Source: Candidatus Eiseniibacteriota bacterium (lineage in GTDB: Bacteria; Eisenbacteria; RBG-16-71-46; JABDJR01). Taken from it: a DNA stretch of 64,000 bases. The notes below the pieces were generated by a model. It did not search any database and was not told the origin of the DNA. It saw only the letters and a program-made list of their open reading frames with translations. Location: positions 1,184,001-1,248,000 of the forward strand of contig CAWANH010000029.1 in assembly GCA_963783375.1 (NCBI GenBank). Reading direction: 5' to 3'. Each line of letters starts with the position of its first letter. Position 1 is the first letter of the stretch. Positions 32,966 to 43,318 of the stretch are shown piece by piece. The translations under genes were made by a program, and so were the position numbers.

Positions 32966-34423
32966 ATGGCGAAGCCAGAGAAGCTCACCACCTCCGGGGG
33001 AATCCCGGTGCCCGACAACCAGAACAGCCTCACCGCCGGCGAGCGGGGACCGCTCCTGGTGCAGGACTGGCAGCTCTTCGAGAAGCACGCCCACTTCAAC
33101 CGGGAGCGCATCCCCGAGCGCGTGGTCCATGCCAAGGGCTCGGCCGCCTTCGGAACCCTGACCGTCACCCACGACATCACCCCCTACACCAGGGCGAAAC
33201 TCTTCTCCGAGGTGGGGAAGCAGACCGAGTGCCTCCTCCGCTTCTCGACCGTGGCCGGAGAACGCGGCGCCGCCGACGCGGAGCGTGACGTCCGGGGCTT
33301 CGCGCTCAAGTTCTACACCGAGGAAGGCAACTGGGACCTGGTGGGCAACAACACCCCCGTCTTCTTCGTCCGCGATCCCTACAAGTTCCCGGACTTCATC
33401 CACACCCAGAAGCGCGATCCACGGACGAACCTCCGGAACCCCACCGCGATGTGGGACTTCTGGTCGCTTTCGCCGGAGAGCCTCCACCAGGTCACGATCC
33501 TTTTCTCCGACCGCGGGCTTCCCAAGAGCTACCGGCACATGAACGGCTACGGTTCCCACACCTACAGCCTGATCAACGCCGAGAACCGGCGGGTCTGGGT
33601 CAAGTTCCACTTCAAGACCGTGCAGGGGATCGAATGCCTCACCGACCAGGCGGCGGCGGGCCTGGTCGGCGGAGACCGGGAGAGCCACCAACGGGATCTC
33701 TATGACTCCATCGAACGCGGCGATTTCCCCAAATGGAAGGTGTACATCCAGGTCATGACCGAGGCGGATGCGGAGCGCGCCCCGTTCAACCCCTTCGACC
33801 TCACCAAGGTCTGGCCCCACGGCGAGTACCCGCTGATCGAGGTGGGGAACCTGGAGCTGAACCGGAACCCGGAGAACTACTTCGCCGAGGTGGAGCAGGC
33901 GAGTTTCTCCCCCGCCAACCTGGTGCCGGGGATCTCGCACAGTCCGGACAAGATGCTTCAGTTCCGCATCATCTCCTACGCGGACGCGCACCGGTATCGG
34001 CTGGGGGTGAACTACGAGTCCCTGCCGGTGAACCGGCCCCGGTGCCCGGTCCACACCTACCACCGGGACGGGTCCATGCGATTCGACGGGAACGGAGGCG
34101 GCGACGTGAACTACGAGCCGAACTCGATGGGCGGACCGGTCGAATCCCCCGAGGCCAAGGAGCCGTCGCTGGCGATTCACGGCGCCGCCGACCGCTACGA
34201 CCACCGGAAGGGAAACGACGACTACACCCAGGCCGGCGACCTGTTCCGCCTCATGAGCCAGGCCGAGCGGGGGCGTCTCATCCAGAACCTGGTCGCCGCC
34301 ATGAAGCCGGTTCCCCGGGAGATCCAGGAGCGCCAGATCGGCCACTTCATGAAGGCCGACCCGGAGTACGGGAAGGGGGTTGCCGAGGGCCTTGGTTTGC
34401 CCTCCCCCACCATCGGGGACTAG
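32966..34423 (+). CDS. katA: Monofunctional heme catalase, small subunit
   Basis: [38 protein letters not shown]; AAGGA RBS before ATG 32966. Confidence 0.95.
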   Translation: MAKPEKLTTSGGIPVPDNQNSLTAGERGPLLVQDWQLFEKHAHFNRERIPERVVHAKGSAAFGTLTVTHDITPYTRAKLFSEVGKQTECLLRFSTVAGERGAADAERDVRGFALKFYTEEGNWDLVGNNTPVFFVRDPYKFPDFIHTQKRDPRTNLRNPTAMWDFWSLSPESLHQVTILFSDRGLPKSYRHMNGYGSHTYSLINAENRRVWVKFHFKTVQGIECLTDQAAAGLVGGDRESHQRDLYDSIERGDFPKWKVYIQVMTEADAERAPFNPFDLTKVWPHGEYPLIEVGNLELNRNPENYFAEVEQASFSPANLVPGISHSPDKMLQFRIISYADAHRYRLGVNYESLPVNRPRCPVHTYHRDGSMRFDGNGGGDVNYEPNSMGGPVESPEAKEPSLAIHGAADRYDHRKGNDDYTQAGDLFRLMSQAERGRLIQNLVAAMKPVPREIQERQIGHFMKADPEYGKGVAEGLGLPSPTIGD

Positions 34424-34710
34424 CTCGATCCATCCATGAACCGGGCGCCGCGACGGGGGATTCGAGCCGGTGGGGACTTCGGGAGCGACTCGGCCCGGCG
34501 GGCGGCAGCCGGGGCGACGGGGAGCCGGTAGCGCCACCCGGCACCCAGGGTCGTCCCGTTCCAGGATTCAGCGTTCAGGGTGGCGCCCGGCATCAGGGCC
34601 CTCCGCCCGCAGCCCAGGCCTCGCTGTAGCGCCCGATGCTGATCGGTCCTCCAAGATCGGTGGTCCGGTACATGCCGGGAGGCTGGAGCCCGCGGACAAG
34701 GACCGGTCGG

Positions 34711-35223
34711 CTATTTCGACCCGCCGGCGGTCTCTTTCCCCGGCGGTGTCCCACCGCCTTCGCGGATCATCTTTTCCAGCGTCGGACGCTCGGGGTTCTC
34801 CGGATAGAGCACGAGGGCACGCTCGAGGTAGGGTGCGGCCTCGGACTTGCTGCCGACGTAATAGAGCGACGCTCCGAGATTGATGTAGGCGGGGTAGAAG
34901 GTGGAGTCGGCGGCCACCGCCTTCCGGAAGGCGTCGATCTCCTTGTCCTTCCACATCGAAGCCCTCACCACGTTGTACTTCCAGCGGTAGGCCATGCCCA
35001 GAAGGTTGTAGCCCACCGCCGAGGTCGGCTCGAGCCGGATCCCCTGCAGATAGGCCGCGATGGCCTGATCGTAGTCCTTGTCCTGGAACCGTTCCGCGCC
35101 CTGATCGAAGTACTTCTGCGCGGTCTTGGCCGACCCCCCGTGGCAGCCCGCAAGGAGGATCCCCAGCAGGACCGCGAAACCGATGGGGAAGGCGAGCCGT
35201 CGATCGGCGGATATCCACCTCAT
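34711..35223 (-). CDS. TPR-repeat lipoprotein
   Basis: LLAGC lipobox followed by about three TPRs. Confidence 0.78.
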   Translation of the reverse strand: MRWISADRRLAFPIGFAVLLGILLAGCHGGSAKTAQKYFDQGAERFQDKDYDQAIAAYLQGIRLEPTSAVGYNLLGMAYRWKYNVVRASMWKDKEIDAFRKAVAADSTFYPAYINLGASLYYVGSKSEAAPYLERALVLYPENPERPTLEKMIREGGGTPPGKETAGGSK

Positions 35224-35304
35224 GCGTGTCCCTCCATTTTCAAGCGGCGGTCAGGCCACGATGACCGGGGTGTAGGCGGTTCACGACCCGTTCCGCGCCG
35301 GGTC

Positions 35305-36231
35305 CTAGGGCAATCCGGTTTCCTGGGACCTGAAGCTCAACCGCCTCCCCAGGAGCGCCGCCACCGCCCCGAAGAGGACCGTCACCACCAGCGAAGCCTC
35401 GGGCCCGAATTTTCCGCCGGCCAGAGCCGGCGAGAGATCCCCGAAGGAGACCCGCAAGAGCGACGGCAATGAAAACCCGCTCAACTGGGCGCCCAGGATC
35501 ATCCCCACGGTGAGGTTCCATCCCGCGTGCAGGCCGAAGGGGACCTGGAGTCCCCCGGAGATTTCCCGGAGCTGGCCGATGACGATCCCCACCAGCACCA
35601 GGTTGACCCAGGGGAGGAAGCCCGCCCCGGGATTGCTGGAATGGAAGAACGCGAAGACCAGGGCGGTGAGCAGGATGGCGCGCCCCGCGGTCAGCTCCTC
35701 CCGGAGGTTCACCCACAGGTATCCCCGGAAGAGCCACTCCTCCGCGAAGGACACCAGCACCACGACCGTCGCCGACACCGCCGCCCAGATCCAACCCGAA
35801 TCTCCGAAGAGCTCCGGCTTCAGGTGCCGGCTCCCCGCCGCGCTGATGAAGAGCACGGTGACCGCGGCCAGCACCACCCCCAGCATGAATCCCCAGCCCA
35901 CGCTTCCCGTGCGGTGGCCCGACCGTTCCCCGATCCCCAGGGATCCGAGGGGACGCCGGTCGATTCCCACCGTCATCACCACCACGGTCAGAAGGGTCAT
36001 CAGCGCCTGCCCGGCCAGATAGCCGGCCCGCACCCGCGGCTCGCCCAGGATGCGGCTGATCTCCGCCGCCGCGGCGTCGGGGGCGCCCCGCCCGTTCGCC
36101 GCCGCGTCCAGGGCGCCGGTGGCTCCCAGGTAGATCACCGCAAAGACCATGGTGAGCCCGGTGAAGAGGACGAATGACAGCACCATCCTCCCCCACAACG
36201 CCCGGATCCGGGGCCCGTCGCCCGCGGTCAC
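35305..36231 (-). CDS. CPBP (CAAX/Abi) intramembrane glutamic endopeptidase
   Basis: EEWLFRG, FAFFH, HAGWN motifs. Confidence 0.9.
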   Translation of the reverse strand: MTAGDGPRIRALWGRMVLSFVLFTGLTMVFAVIYLGATGALDAAANGRGAPDAAAAEISRILGEPRVRAGYLAGQALMTLLTVVVMTVGIDRRPLGSLGIGERSGHRTGSVGWGFMLGVVLAAVTVLFISAAGSRHLKPELFGDSGWIWAAVSATVVVLVSFAEEWLFRGYLWVNLREELTAGRAILLTALVFAFFHSSNPGAGFLPWVNLVLVGIVIGQLREISGGLQVPFGLHAGWNLTVGMILGAQLSGFSLPSLLRVSFGDLSPALAGGKFGPEASLVVTVLFGAVAALLGRRLSFRSQETGLP

Positions 36232-36246
36232 GCCCCCCCCATGGGA

Positions 36247-38901
36247 TCAGGCCCCCACCTCTTCCTCGACGGAAAGGGAATCGCCCGCAGGCCGGAGCAC
36301 CGCCAGGGCCATCCGCTCCGGGTCCACGTAGGCCGCGGCGGCGTCCCGGGCCATTTCCCCGGTGACCTGCCGCACCTCGTCCACGTAGCGGAGCGCCTCC
36401 TCGTATCCCAGTCCCAGGATCTCATCGTGGGCGTAGGTGGATGCCCAGGACATCCGGGACTGCATGTCGATGAGATAGGACCCGGCCAGGTTGTTCCTGG
36501 CCCGCCGGAGTTCCTCGTCGCTGGGAATGGTCTTGACCGCCCGGTCGATCTCTTCCAGGAGCGCCTGGGTCGCCTCCTCGACCTGCTCCGGTCCCGTCCC
36601 CACGTAGGCCCCGATGGTCCCGCCGCGCGAGAGCGGCGCCACGAAGGCCCCGGTGAAGTAGCACAGGTGCCGCTCATCCCGGAGCCGCGTGAACAGCCGG
36701 TTTCCCATCCCGCTCATCACGCCGTTCCAGACGTCCAGGGCGTAGCGGTCGGGGGAATCCACCGAGGGCCCGGCGTAGCCCAGGACCACCACCGCCTGGG
36801 AGACGTCCTTGTGGAGATCCGCCCGCACGCTCCGCTCCGGCGGGGTCACGGGGAGGATGGGAAGCGGCGGCTCCTCGCTCCGGGGAAGGGCGGCCATCGT
36901 CTGCTCGAGCATCCGGAGCATGGCGTCCCGCTCGAAGTCCCCCACCACGCTCACCACCGCCCGGGCGGGGTCGTAGATCCCTCGGTGCCGCCGCCGGAGG
37001 TCGTCGGCCTTCATCCGGCCCACCGCCTCCTCGGTGCCCATGACCGGCCGCCCGTACGCGTGGCCGGGGAAGATGAGCCGGAAGAACTCGGACAGGGTGA
37101 ACTGCATGGTGTCGTCACGGAGCGACGCGATCTGGGACAGGGTGCGGTGGCGCTCCCGGTCGATCGCTTCCTCCGGAAAGTCGGGGGAACCCAGGACGGT
37201 GCGAAACAATTCCATGGCCTGGGGCATGTCGTCCCGGACCGCGCTCAGGCTGAACCCGCTCACGTCCCGGCTGGCGAAGGGACGGAGCCTGACCCCCATC
37301 CGCTCCACCGCCTCGGAGATCTCCGCCGCCGTCCGCCCCCCCGCGCCCTTCATCATGCAGGTCTGGGTGAGCTGGGTGATCCCCGCCTCCTGGGAACTCT
37401 CTCCCCCGCTCCCCACCGGAAGATACGCGGCGAGGGCGGTCAGGGGGAGCCGGCCGTCCTTCTGAAGGAACACCCGGGTGCCGGTATCGAGGGTGATCGC
37501 CTCCACCGTCTCCCGCGGCGCTCCCGACGCCTGGGGAACCTTGCTCTCGGCGGTCACCCCGTTCGCCTTCTGGGCGGGGAGCCGGAGCGACGGGGCCACC
37601 GCCTCCCGCAGCCGGTCGTAGATCGCCCGGGGAGCCGCCGGGTTCCGGTGCTGCTCCGCCGGCGCGTGAACGTAGATCGTGGCCTGCTCCAGGTTCAGGT
37701 AACGACGGGCCGCTTCCTGGACCCGCGCCGGGGTCACCCGGCTCATGCGTTCCAGATAGGTTCCGGCCAGCCGGTAGTCGCCGAGAAGGGCGTAATGGCC
37801 GAGCATGGCCGCCTGACCCTCCATGGTCTCGAGGGTATAGAGGGTGTCGCTTCGCACCGCGCTCATGGTGCGCTCCAGTTCCGCCGCGGTGGCGGTTTCC
37901 ACCTGGAAGCGAACGATCTGGGTCATCACCGCCTCCAGGGCGGCGTCGGTCTTTTCCGGCTCGGCGGTGAACTCCACCGCCAGGTATCCCGGCTCCCGCC
38001 CCGAGCTCTCGAGGAGGTGCGAGTTCAGGATCAGGTCCTGCTCCTCGCGCACCCGGTTGTAGAGGCGGCTGGACCGCCCGGCGGCCAGGATGTTGGCCAG
38101 CACCATGAGGGAGTCGGTGTCGGGGTGGAGCTGGGGCGGGATATGGAAGCCGATCTTGACGTAGGACTTCTCCACGTCCCCCGAGGTCTCGCGATACCGA
38201 AACGATCCCTGGGGCGGCTCGGGCGGAGAGACATCGAAGTCCACTTCGCGTAGCGGCCACCCTCCCAGCTTCTCCTCCACCGCGTCGAAAACGTCGTCCG
38301 CCTTCACGTCCCCCACCACCACGTAGGTGATGTTGTTCGGAACGTAGTACCTCTCCTTGTGGGCCAGGATCTGATCCCGTCCCACCCGCAGGAGATTCTC
38401 GTCGGGGCCGCCGATCGGCCGCTTGTACCGGTGGGCGGTGAACGCCTCGTCCAGGAGGTGCTCCCAGGTGAACCCGTACCCGTTGGGCCGGTCCCGGTAC
38501 ATCTCGTTCTCCTTGATGAGAACCTGGCGCTCCTTCTCCAGCTCGAACTCGTCGAAGGTGCTTCGCTGGAGCACGTCGGCGTGGATGTCGAGGGCCACCG
38601 GGAAGTTCTCGGTGGGGAGCGTGATGTAATAGTTCGTGCTCTCGTAGCCGGTCCCGGCGTTGGTCTCGCCGCCGGCATTGGTGATCTCCCGCGCGATGTC
38701 CCCGGGACCCCGCCGTTCCGTTCCCTTGAACAGCATGTGCTCGATGCCGTGAGACCACCCCGCGATGGCCTCGTCCTCGTTCAACGACCCCACCCGCACG
38801 AAGAAGTTGAGGGCCACCACCGGAGCGCTGTGGTCCTCCCTCACCAGGATCTCCAGACCGTTGTCCAATACCTTGCGTTTGACGTCTTCGAACAGAACCA
38901 T
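36247..38901 (-). CDS. M16 family zinc peptidase (two-module, pitrilysin-like)
   Basis: HGIEHMLFKGT (HXXEH) in the N-terminal module; the second module lacks the motif; SSRL/NRLF motifs. Confidence 0.92.
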   Translation of the reverse strand: MVLFEDVKRKVLDNGLEILVREDHSAPVVALNFFVRVGSLNEDEAIAGWSHGIEHMLFKGTERRGPGDIAREITNAGGETNAGTGYESTNYYITLPTENFPVALDIHADVLQRSTFDEFELEKERQVLIKENEMYRDRPNGYGFTWEHLLDEAFTAHRYKRPIGGPDENLLRVGRDQILAHKERYYVPNNITYVVVGDVKADDVFDAVEEKLGGWPLREVDFDVSPPEPPQGSFRYRETSGDVEKSYVKIGFHIPPQLHPDTDSLMVLANILAAGRSSRLYNRVREEQDLILNSHLLESSGREPGYLAVEFTAEPEKTDAALEAVMTQIVRFQVETATAAELERTMSAVRSDTLYTLETMEGQAAMLGHYALLGDYRLAGTYLERMSRVTPARVQEAARRYLNLEQATIYVHAPAEQHRNPAAPRAIYDRLREAVAPSLRLPAQKANGVTAESKVPQASGAPRETVEAITLDTGTRVFLQKDGRLPLTALAAYLPVGSGGESSQEAGITQLTQTCMMKGAGGRTAAEISEAVERMGVRLRPFASRDVSGFSLSAVRDDMPQAMELFRTVLGSPDFPEEAIDRERHRTLSQIASLRDDTMQFTLSEFFRLIFPGHAYGRPVMGTEEAVGRMKADDLRRRHRGIYDPARAVVSVVGDFERDAMLRMLEQTMAALPRSEEPPLPILPVTPPERSVRADLHKDVSQAVVVLGYAGPSVDSPDRYALDVWNGVMSGMGNRLFTRLRDERHLCYFTGAFVAPLSRGGTIGAYVGTGPEQVEEATQALLEEIDRAVKTIPSDEELRRARNNLAGSYLIDMQSRMSWASTYAHDEILGLGYEEALRYVDEVRQVTGEMARDAAAAYVDPERMALAVLRPAGDSLSVEEEVGA

Positions 38902-39016
38902 TCCGAGTCCTTTCTTTCAAGTCATACCGAGAATTTGAATCTGTCGAATGGGCCGGATTCGAGGCGCCGCCCGATGCCCGGCGCGACTGCGGCTCGGGCG
39001 GCCCCGAAGCACGGCT

Positions 39017-39535
39017 TCAAACCAACGGATAGGCGGCCATGAGCGTGAGAAACCCGATGACCGCGCCGATGACCAGCTTGACCGCGGTCGCCACCGCCCG
39101 TCCCAGGAACGCCCCCGTCCCCGCCCGCGCGCTCTCCCGGGCCTTCCGCCCCCCCAGAACCTCCCCCGCGAAAGCCCCCACGAAGGCGCCGGCGAAGGCC
39201 CCCACCAACGAACCCAAGACGGGAATCCATGCCGTGCCTACCGCCGCGCCCACCAACCCGCCCACGAAGGTCCCGATCATACCCCATCGGGTGGCTCCGA
39301 AGCCTCGGGCCACGAACACCCCCAGCACCGCCTCCACCACCTCGCCCAGGACCGCCAATCCCAACAGGATGAACCAGGTGAGGAGTCCCAGGTGCTGGAA
39401 GTGGCCGATCCAGGCCACGATCAGCGCGAGCCCCAGGAGAATGAAGTTCCCGGAGAGCCCGAGGACCACCGCGGCCATCCCTCCCACCACCGCCAGGTGG
39501 AGGAGAATCACCAGGAGGACCCGGAGGACGATCAT
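39017..39535 (-). CDS. DUF456-like membrane protein
   Basis: Gly-rich hydrophobic ORF with ARGFGATRWG..G..GAF.GAF.GE pattern. Confidence 0.75.
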   Translation of the reverse strand: MIVLRVLLVILLHLAVVGGMAAVVLGLSGNFILLGLALIVAWIGHFQHLGLLTWFILLGLAVLGEVVEAVLGVFVARGFGATRWGMIGTFVGGLVGAAVGTAWIPVLGSLVGAFAGAFVGAFAGEVLGGRKARESARAGTGAFLGRAVATAVKLVIGAVIGFLTLMAAYPLV

Positions 39536-41814
39536 CGCCCCCCGTCCGCGCCGAGGTGGCCCCTCATGGCCCCGATCAGCCGACGGGCGAGAAGTCCCAT
39601 CTCCGACGTGCTGTCCATCGCGGCGTAACGGCCGATGGTGGCCATGGCCTTGGCGGTGTCGCCCGCGGTCAGGTACATGCGTCCCAGGTTGAAGTAGGGC
39701 TCGGGCCGCCGGGGCGCCACATCGATGGCCTGCCGGAAGGCTGCCTCGGCGGCGGCATGGCTTCCCAACTGGTTCTGGGTCGTCCCGAGGTTGATCCAGG
39801 CTTCGGCATCCCGGGGCCTTTGCTTCACCACCTTGTCCAGGTAGCCCAGGGCCTCCTCCGGGCGATCGAGCTGCATGAGCAGAACGCCCAGGTTGTAGGC
39901 TGAGTTCAGGTCGTCGGGATTCAGTTCCATTGCTTCCCGGTAGGCGTCCACCGCCGACAGGTAGTCCTTTCGGGCCACCTGGAGCTGGCCGATGTTGGCC
40001 CGGACGTCGGCGTTCCCGGGGAAGAGCCGCATGGCCTCGGCCAGGGTGGTATCGGCGCCGCCGAAGTTCCCTCGGTCGCGGTCCATGGCGGCCAGGGTCA
40101 GGTACGCCTCGAGATAACCGGGGTTGAGCGCGATGGCTCGGCGGTACTCCACCGCCGCCGAGTCCGCCTTCCCGAGCGCCCGGCGGACGTTGGCCAGACG
40201 AAAGTGCAGAACCTCGTCGTCGTCGTTTCGGGCCACCGCTTCGGCCAGCACCGTCTCCGCGTCACCGGGGTGGCCGGAGTTCACCAGGATGGTGGCCAGG
40301 TTTCCCGCCGCCCGCGTATTGCCGGGATCGGCGTCTACCGCCACGCGATAGGCGGTCACCGCATTGTCGCGATCTCCGCGCCCGGTGAACCACAGGGCGA
40401 TCTGCTCGAACGCGTAGGACCGGGCGAAGGGCGTGGCCGGGCTGGCCGGACCGTAAAGGGAAGCGAAGTGGAGCATGGCCCGGTCCGGGGCCGCGTCGAC
40501 GGCGATCCAGGGGAGGGTATGGAAGAAGCTCGCGCCAAGCAGAAGCCCGGCCATGGCGCCCGCCAGTCGAGGTCTCGCCACCGCCCACTCCACCCGGGCC
40601 ACCATGACACCCGCCGCCATCACGAAGGGAACGGTGGCCACCGCGAAGAGGTCCCAGCTCCTGGCCGCCCCGATCTCCCGGCCCAGGAAGAACGAGAACA
40701 CCCACCAGGGGAAGCCGGCCCAGAGGAGGAAACGCCCCTCGCGGCCCAGACGGCCTCGGACGCCGAACAGAAGCAGCAGGATCACGAAGAGGGCACCGAA
40801 GGGGCCGAGGAGCATCTGCTCCTGGAACCAGTCGCTCCAGTGCCGGAGGCTCAGGAGCGTGTAGGGCAGATGGCCCCCCGCTTCCCCGGTGAACGGGAGG
40901 AGGCCGGAGAAGTATCGGCCGAAGACATCCTGGAGCGCGCCGGGGATGGTCCCCAGGAACACCACCCCGGCGGCGATCACCAGGATCGGCGGGACCAGGC
41001 CGAGCATCCGCCGCCCCCGGCCTCCCGCGGGGTTCGTGCCCTCCACCGGCTTCGGCCCCCTCCAGAGCGCGTAGGCCAAGGCGGGGAGAAGGAGTACGGC
41101 GGTCACGCTCACCAGGGGAGCCGCCGCGGCCAGGAGCACCGGTCCCCACATCCCGCCCCGCCCCATGAGATACGCCACGGTGAGGGCCAGGAACCACACC
41201 GTCACCAGGGCCAGGACCGGGTAGGTTTCGACGTAGCCGTAGAAGAGCCGGGTCAGGCCGGCCAATGCGAGCAGGCCCACGATGAGTACCCGGCCCCAGG
41301 TCGAAGCGGCCACCCGGCGAGCGAACACGAAGGCCCCGAGGAGATACCCCACCCCGCAGGCCACGCTCACCCCGGCGAAGGTGAGCGCCGGACTGGGGGA
41401 TCCCAGGAGACGGTTCACCGCGACGTTGGCGAATACCGCCGCGGGCTCGGCGTGCCAGGGGTAGCGTCCCATCGCCACTCCCCGAATCCAGAACTCGCCG
41501 TCCCCCAGGAAGTAGGCCCGTTCCCGGCCGACCCAGAAGAGCACCGCTCCCACCACGGCCAGGAGCGCGGCGGCCACGGGAGCGGAGAGCTTCACCGCGC
41601 GGAGCCCGGCGCCCCGGAACCAGCCGAGGAGGAAGATGAGCAACGCCCCCAGTCCCCCCGCGGTCAGCCATCCCGAGGCGAGATACCCGTAGTGGTGGAC
41701 CCCCCACGTTCCCGGGGTCGGGTGCTTCGCTCCCGCAATCTGAAGGGCGACGGTCAGGGCCGAGGCGAGAAGAACCAGGATGAATGCGCGCACCGGTGGG
41801 GGCTCCTTTCCCAT
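39532..41814 (-). CDS. Polytopic membrane protein with C-terminal TPR array (possible GT-C-fold glycosyltransferase)
   Basis: More than 10 hydrophobic segments with FLGDG and YGYVETY loops, then many TPRs. Start is uncertain. Confidence 0.65.
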   Translation of the reverse strand: MGKEPPPVRAFILVLLASALTVALQIAGAKHPTPGTWGVHHYGYLASGWLTAGGLGALLIFLLGWFRGAGLRAVKLSAPVAAALLAVVGAVLFWVGRERAYFLGDGEFWIRGVAMGRYPWHAEPAAVFANVAVNRLLGSPSPALTFAGVSVACGVGYLLGAFVFARRVAASTWGRVLIVGLLALAGLTRLFYGYVETYPVLALVTVWFLALTVAYLMGRGGMWGPVLLAAAAPLVSVTAVLLLPALAYALWRGPKPVEGTNPAGGRGRRMLGLVPPILVIAAGVVFLGTIPGALQDVFGRYFSGLLPFTGEAGGHLPYTLLSLRHWSDWFQEQMLLGPFGALFVILLLLFGVRGRLGREGRFLLWAGFPWWVFSFFLGREIGAARSWDLFAVATVPFVMAAGVMVARVEWAVARPRLAGAMAGLLLGASFFHTLPWIAVDAAPDRAMLHFASLYGPASPATPFARSYAFEQIALWFTGRGDRDNAVTAYRVAVDADPGNTRAAGNLATILVNSGHPGDAETVLAEAVARNDDDEVLHFRLANVRRALGKADSAAVEYRRAIALNPGYLEAYLTLAAMDRDRGNFGGADTTLAEAMRLFPGNADVRANIGQLQVARKDYLSAVDAYREAMELNPDDLNSAYNLGVLLMQLDRPEEALGYLDKVVKQRPRDAEAWINLGTTQNQLGSHAAAEAAFRQAIDVAPRRPEPYFNLGRMYLTAGDTAKAMATIGRYAAMDSTSEMGLLARRLIGAMRGHLGADGGR

Positions 41815-41882
41815 GGAAAAGCCCGTAGATGGTACCGGTCGGAGGAGGCCCGCCTCAAGCCCGGGCGGCAACCGCTCCCCCG

Positions 41883-43247
41883 CTAGGCACCGGACGCCTT
41901 TGGACTCCGGCGGGCCGCCCGAGCCCGGAGCAACCGGCGGAGAAGGACCAGGGTGGTGAGCTCGGCGGCGAAGGCCGCCCCCAGGAGAATCCCTCCCAGG
42001 AGCCCGCCCCGGATACCGAGGGCCAGGCCCAGGGCCCCCAGGCCGAGGATCGCCACGGTGCGGCTCGTCGAACCCAGGCCCACCGCCTTGGTGCGGGCGA
42101 ACCGGGTGAGCACCCCCTGGTTGTAGGCGATGAACCCCGCCACCAGCGGCTGCAGGGAGAGAAGCGCCAGGGGCAGGCGGGCCCGCGCCGCGAGCTCGGG
42201 GCCGAGCCCGATCACCCGGCGGAGCAGGAGGTCCGATGCCGGGGTCAGGGTGACCAGGAGCACCAGGGCGCACACCCCCCCGACGTAGATCCAGAGGAAG
42301 GACTTGAGCCGGGCGAGACCGGCCCGGTCGGTCCCGAGGGCGATGGTCACCGTCGAATACCGGAGCACCGAGCTGGCCATGAACCAGATCAAGGACGCCA
42401 CCACCGTGTAGACCGCGAGCCCGATCTTGGGATCGTCGGTGCGGGCGATGAACGCGTTGATCAGGGGGTTGGTGAGGGTGCCCAAAGCCATGGTCAGGGC
42501 CAGGGGGGCGAGGAAGGTGATCTTCCCACCAAGGCTCCGTCCCACCGCCTGAGCCGGGGAGAACCCCGTCTCCCGCTCGGGGGTCCGTCCGGTGACGATG
42601 GCCACGTAGACCATCTCCACCGCCACCGCCACCGCCAGGGCGGCCATGCCCGCCGCCGGTCCCGACCATCCCAGGTGCGGCGTCACCCCGAAGATCAGCC
42701 CGGCCAGGCACGCCAGGCGAAGGGCGGTCCCCCAGGCGATCGGCCCCGCGCTCCGCCGGCCAATGAGGACGGCCTGGTAGGCGTTTCGTACCGCCACCAG
42801 GGGCGGAAACACGACGGCCGCCTGGAGGGCGAGAACCGCGGGGTGGGTGAGCTCGTGGTCCGCCCCCATCAGCCGCTGGAGGATGAACGGGGCGGCCGGG
42901 GTGAAGACGACGAGCGCCTCGAAGGCCATCACGATCAATCCCAGGCCGAGGGCGAAGCTCAGGTAGGGACGGATCCGCCCGGTCCCTCCGTACCAGGCCA
43001 CCACCGCCTGCTGGAGGGCGAAGACCGGGCTCTCCAGGAGAATGCTCAGGGCGAAGGCCAGCCCGAAGGCGGCCAGGTTGGTCTCGGGATGCGGAAGCCG
43101 GGCCAGGCCCGCGTTGATGATCGGGGTGGAGACCGACATCATGGTGCTGGTGGCGGCCAGGGGCAGGAAGAGGACCAGAATGCCGCGATAGGTGAGGGTC
43201 GAGTGCGCGGGGACCGAGGCTCCGCCGGCCGGGGATGGATCGGACAT
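41883..43247 (-). CDS. MATE/MOP-superfamily-like membrane transporter or flippase
   Basis: Two internally repeated halves (LFLPLA..PIINAGLAR and FLAPLA..PLINAFIAR), about 12 TM segments. Confidence 0.65.
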   Translation of the reverse strand: MSDPSPAGGASVPAHSTLTYRGILVLFLPLAATSTMMSVSTPIINAGLARLPHPETNLAAFGLAFALSILLESPVFALQQAVVAWYGGTGRIRPYLSFALGLGLIVMAFEALVVFTPAAPFILQRLMGADHELTHPAVLALQAAVVFPPLVAVRNAYQAVLIGRRSAGPIAWGTALRLACLAGLIFGVTPHLGWSGPAAGMAALAVAVAVEMVYVAIVTGRTPERETGFSPAQAVGRSLGGKITFLAPLALTMALGTLTNPLINAFIARTDDPKIGLAVYTVVASLIWFMASSVLRYSTVTIALGTDRAGLARLKSFLWIYVGGVCALVLLVTLTPASDLLLRRVIGLGPELAARARLPLALLSLQPLVAGFIAYNQGVLTRFARTKAVGLGSTSRTVAILGLGALGLALGIRGGLLGGILLGAAFAAELTTLVLLRRLLRARAARRSPKASGA

Positions 43248-43318
43248 AGGGGAGGGAGTCTAGCAGCCCGCGGGCAAGCCGGCCCGGCGCGCCTTTCGGC
43301 CCCGGCCCGGCCGCGGGG

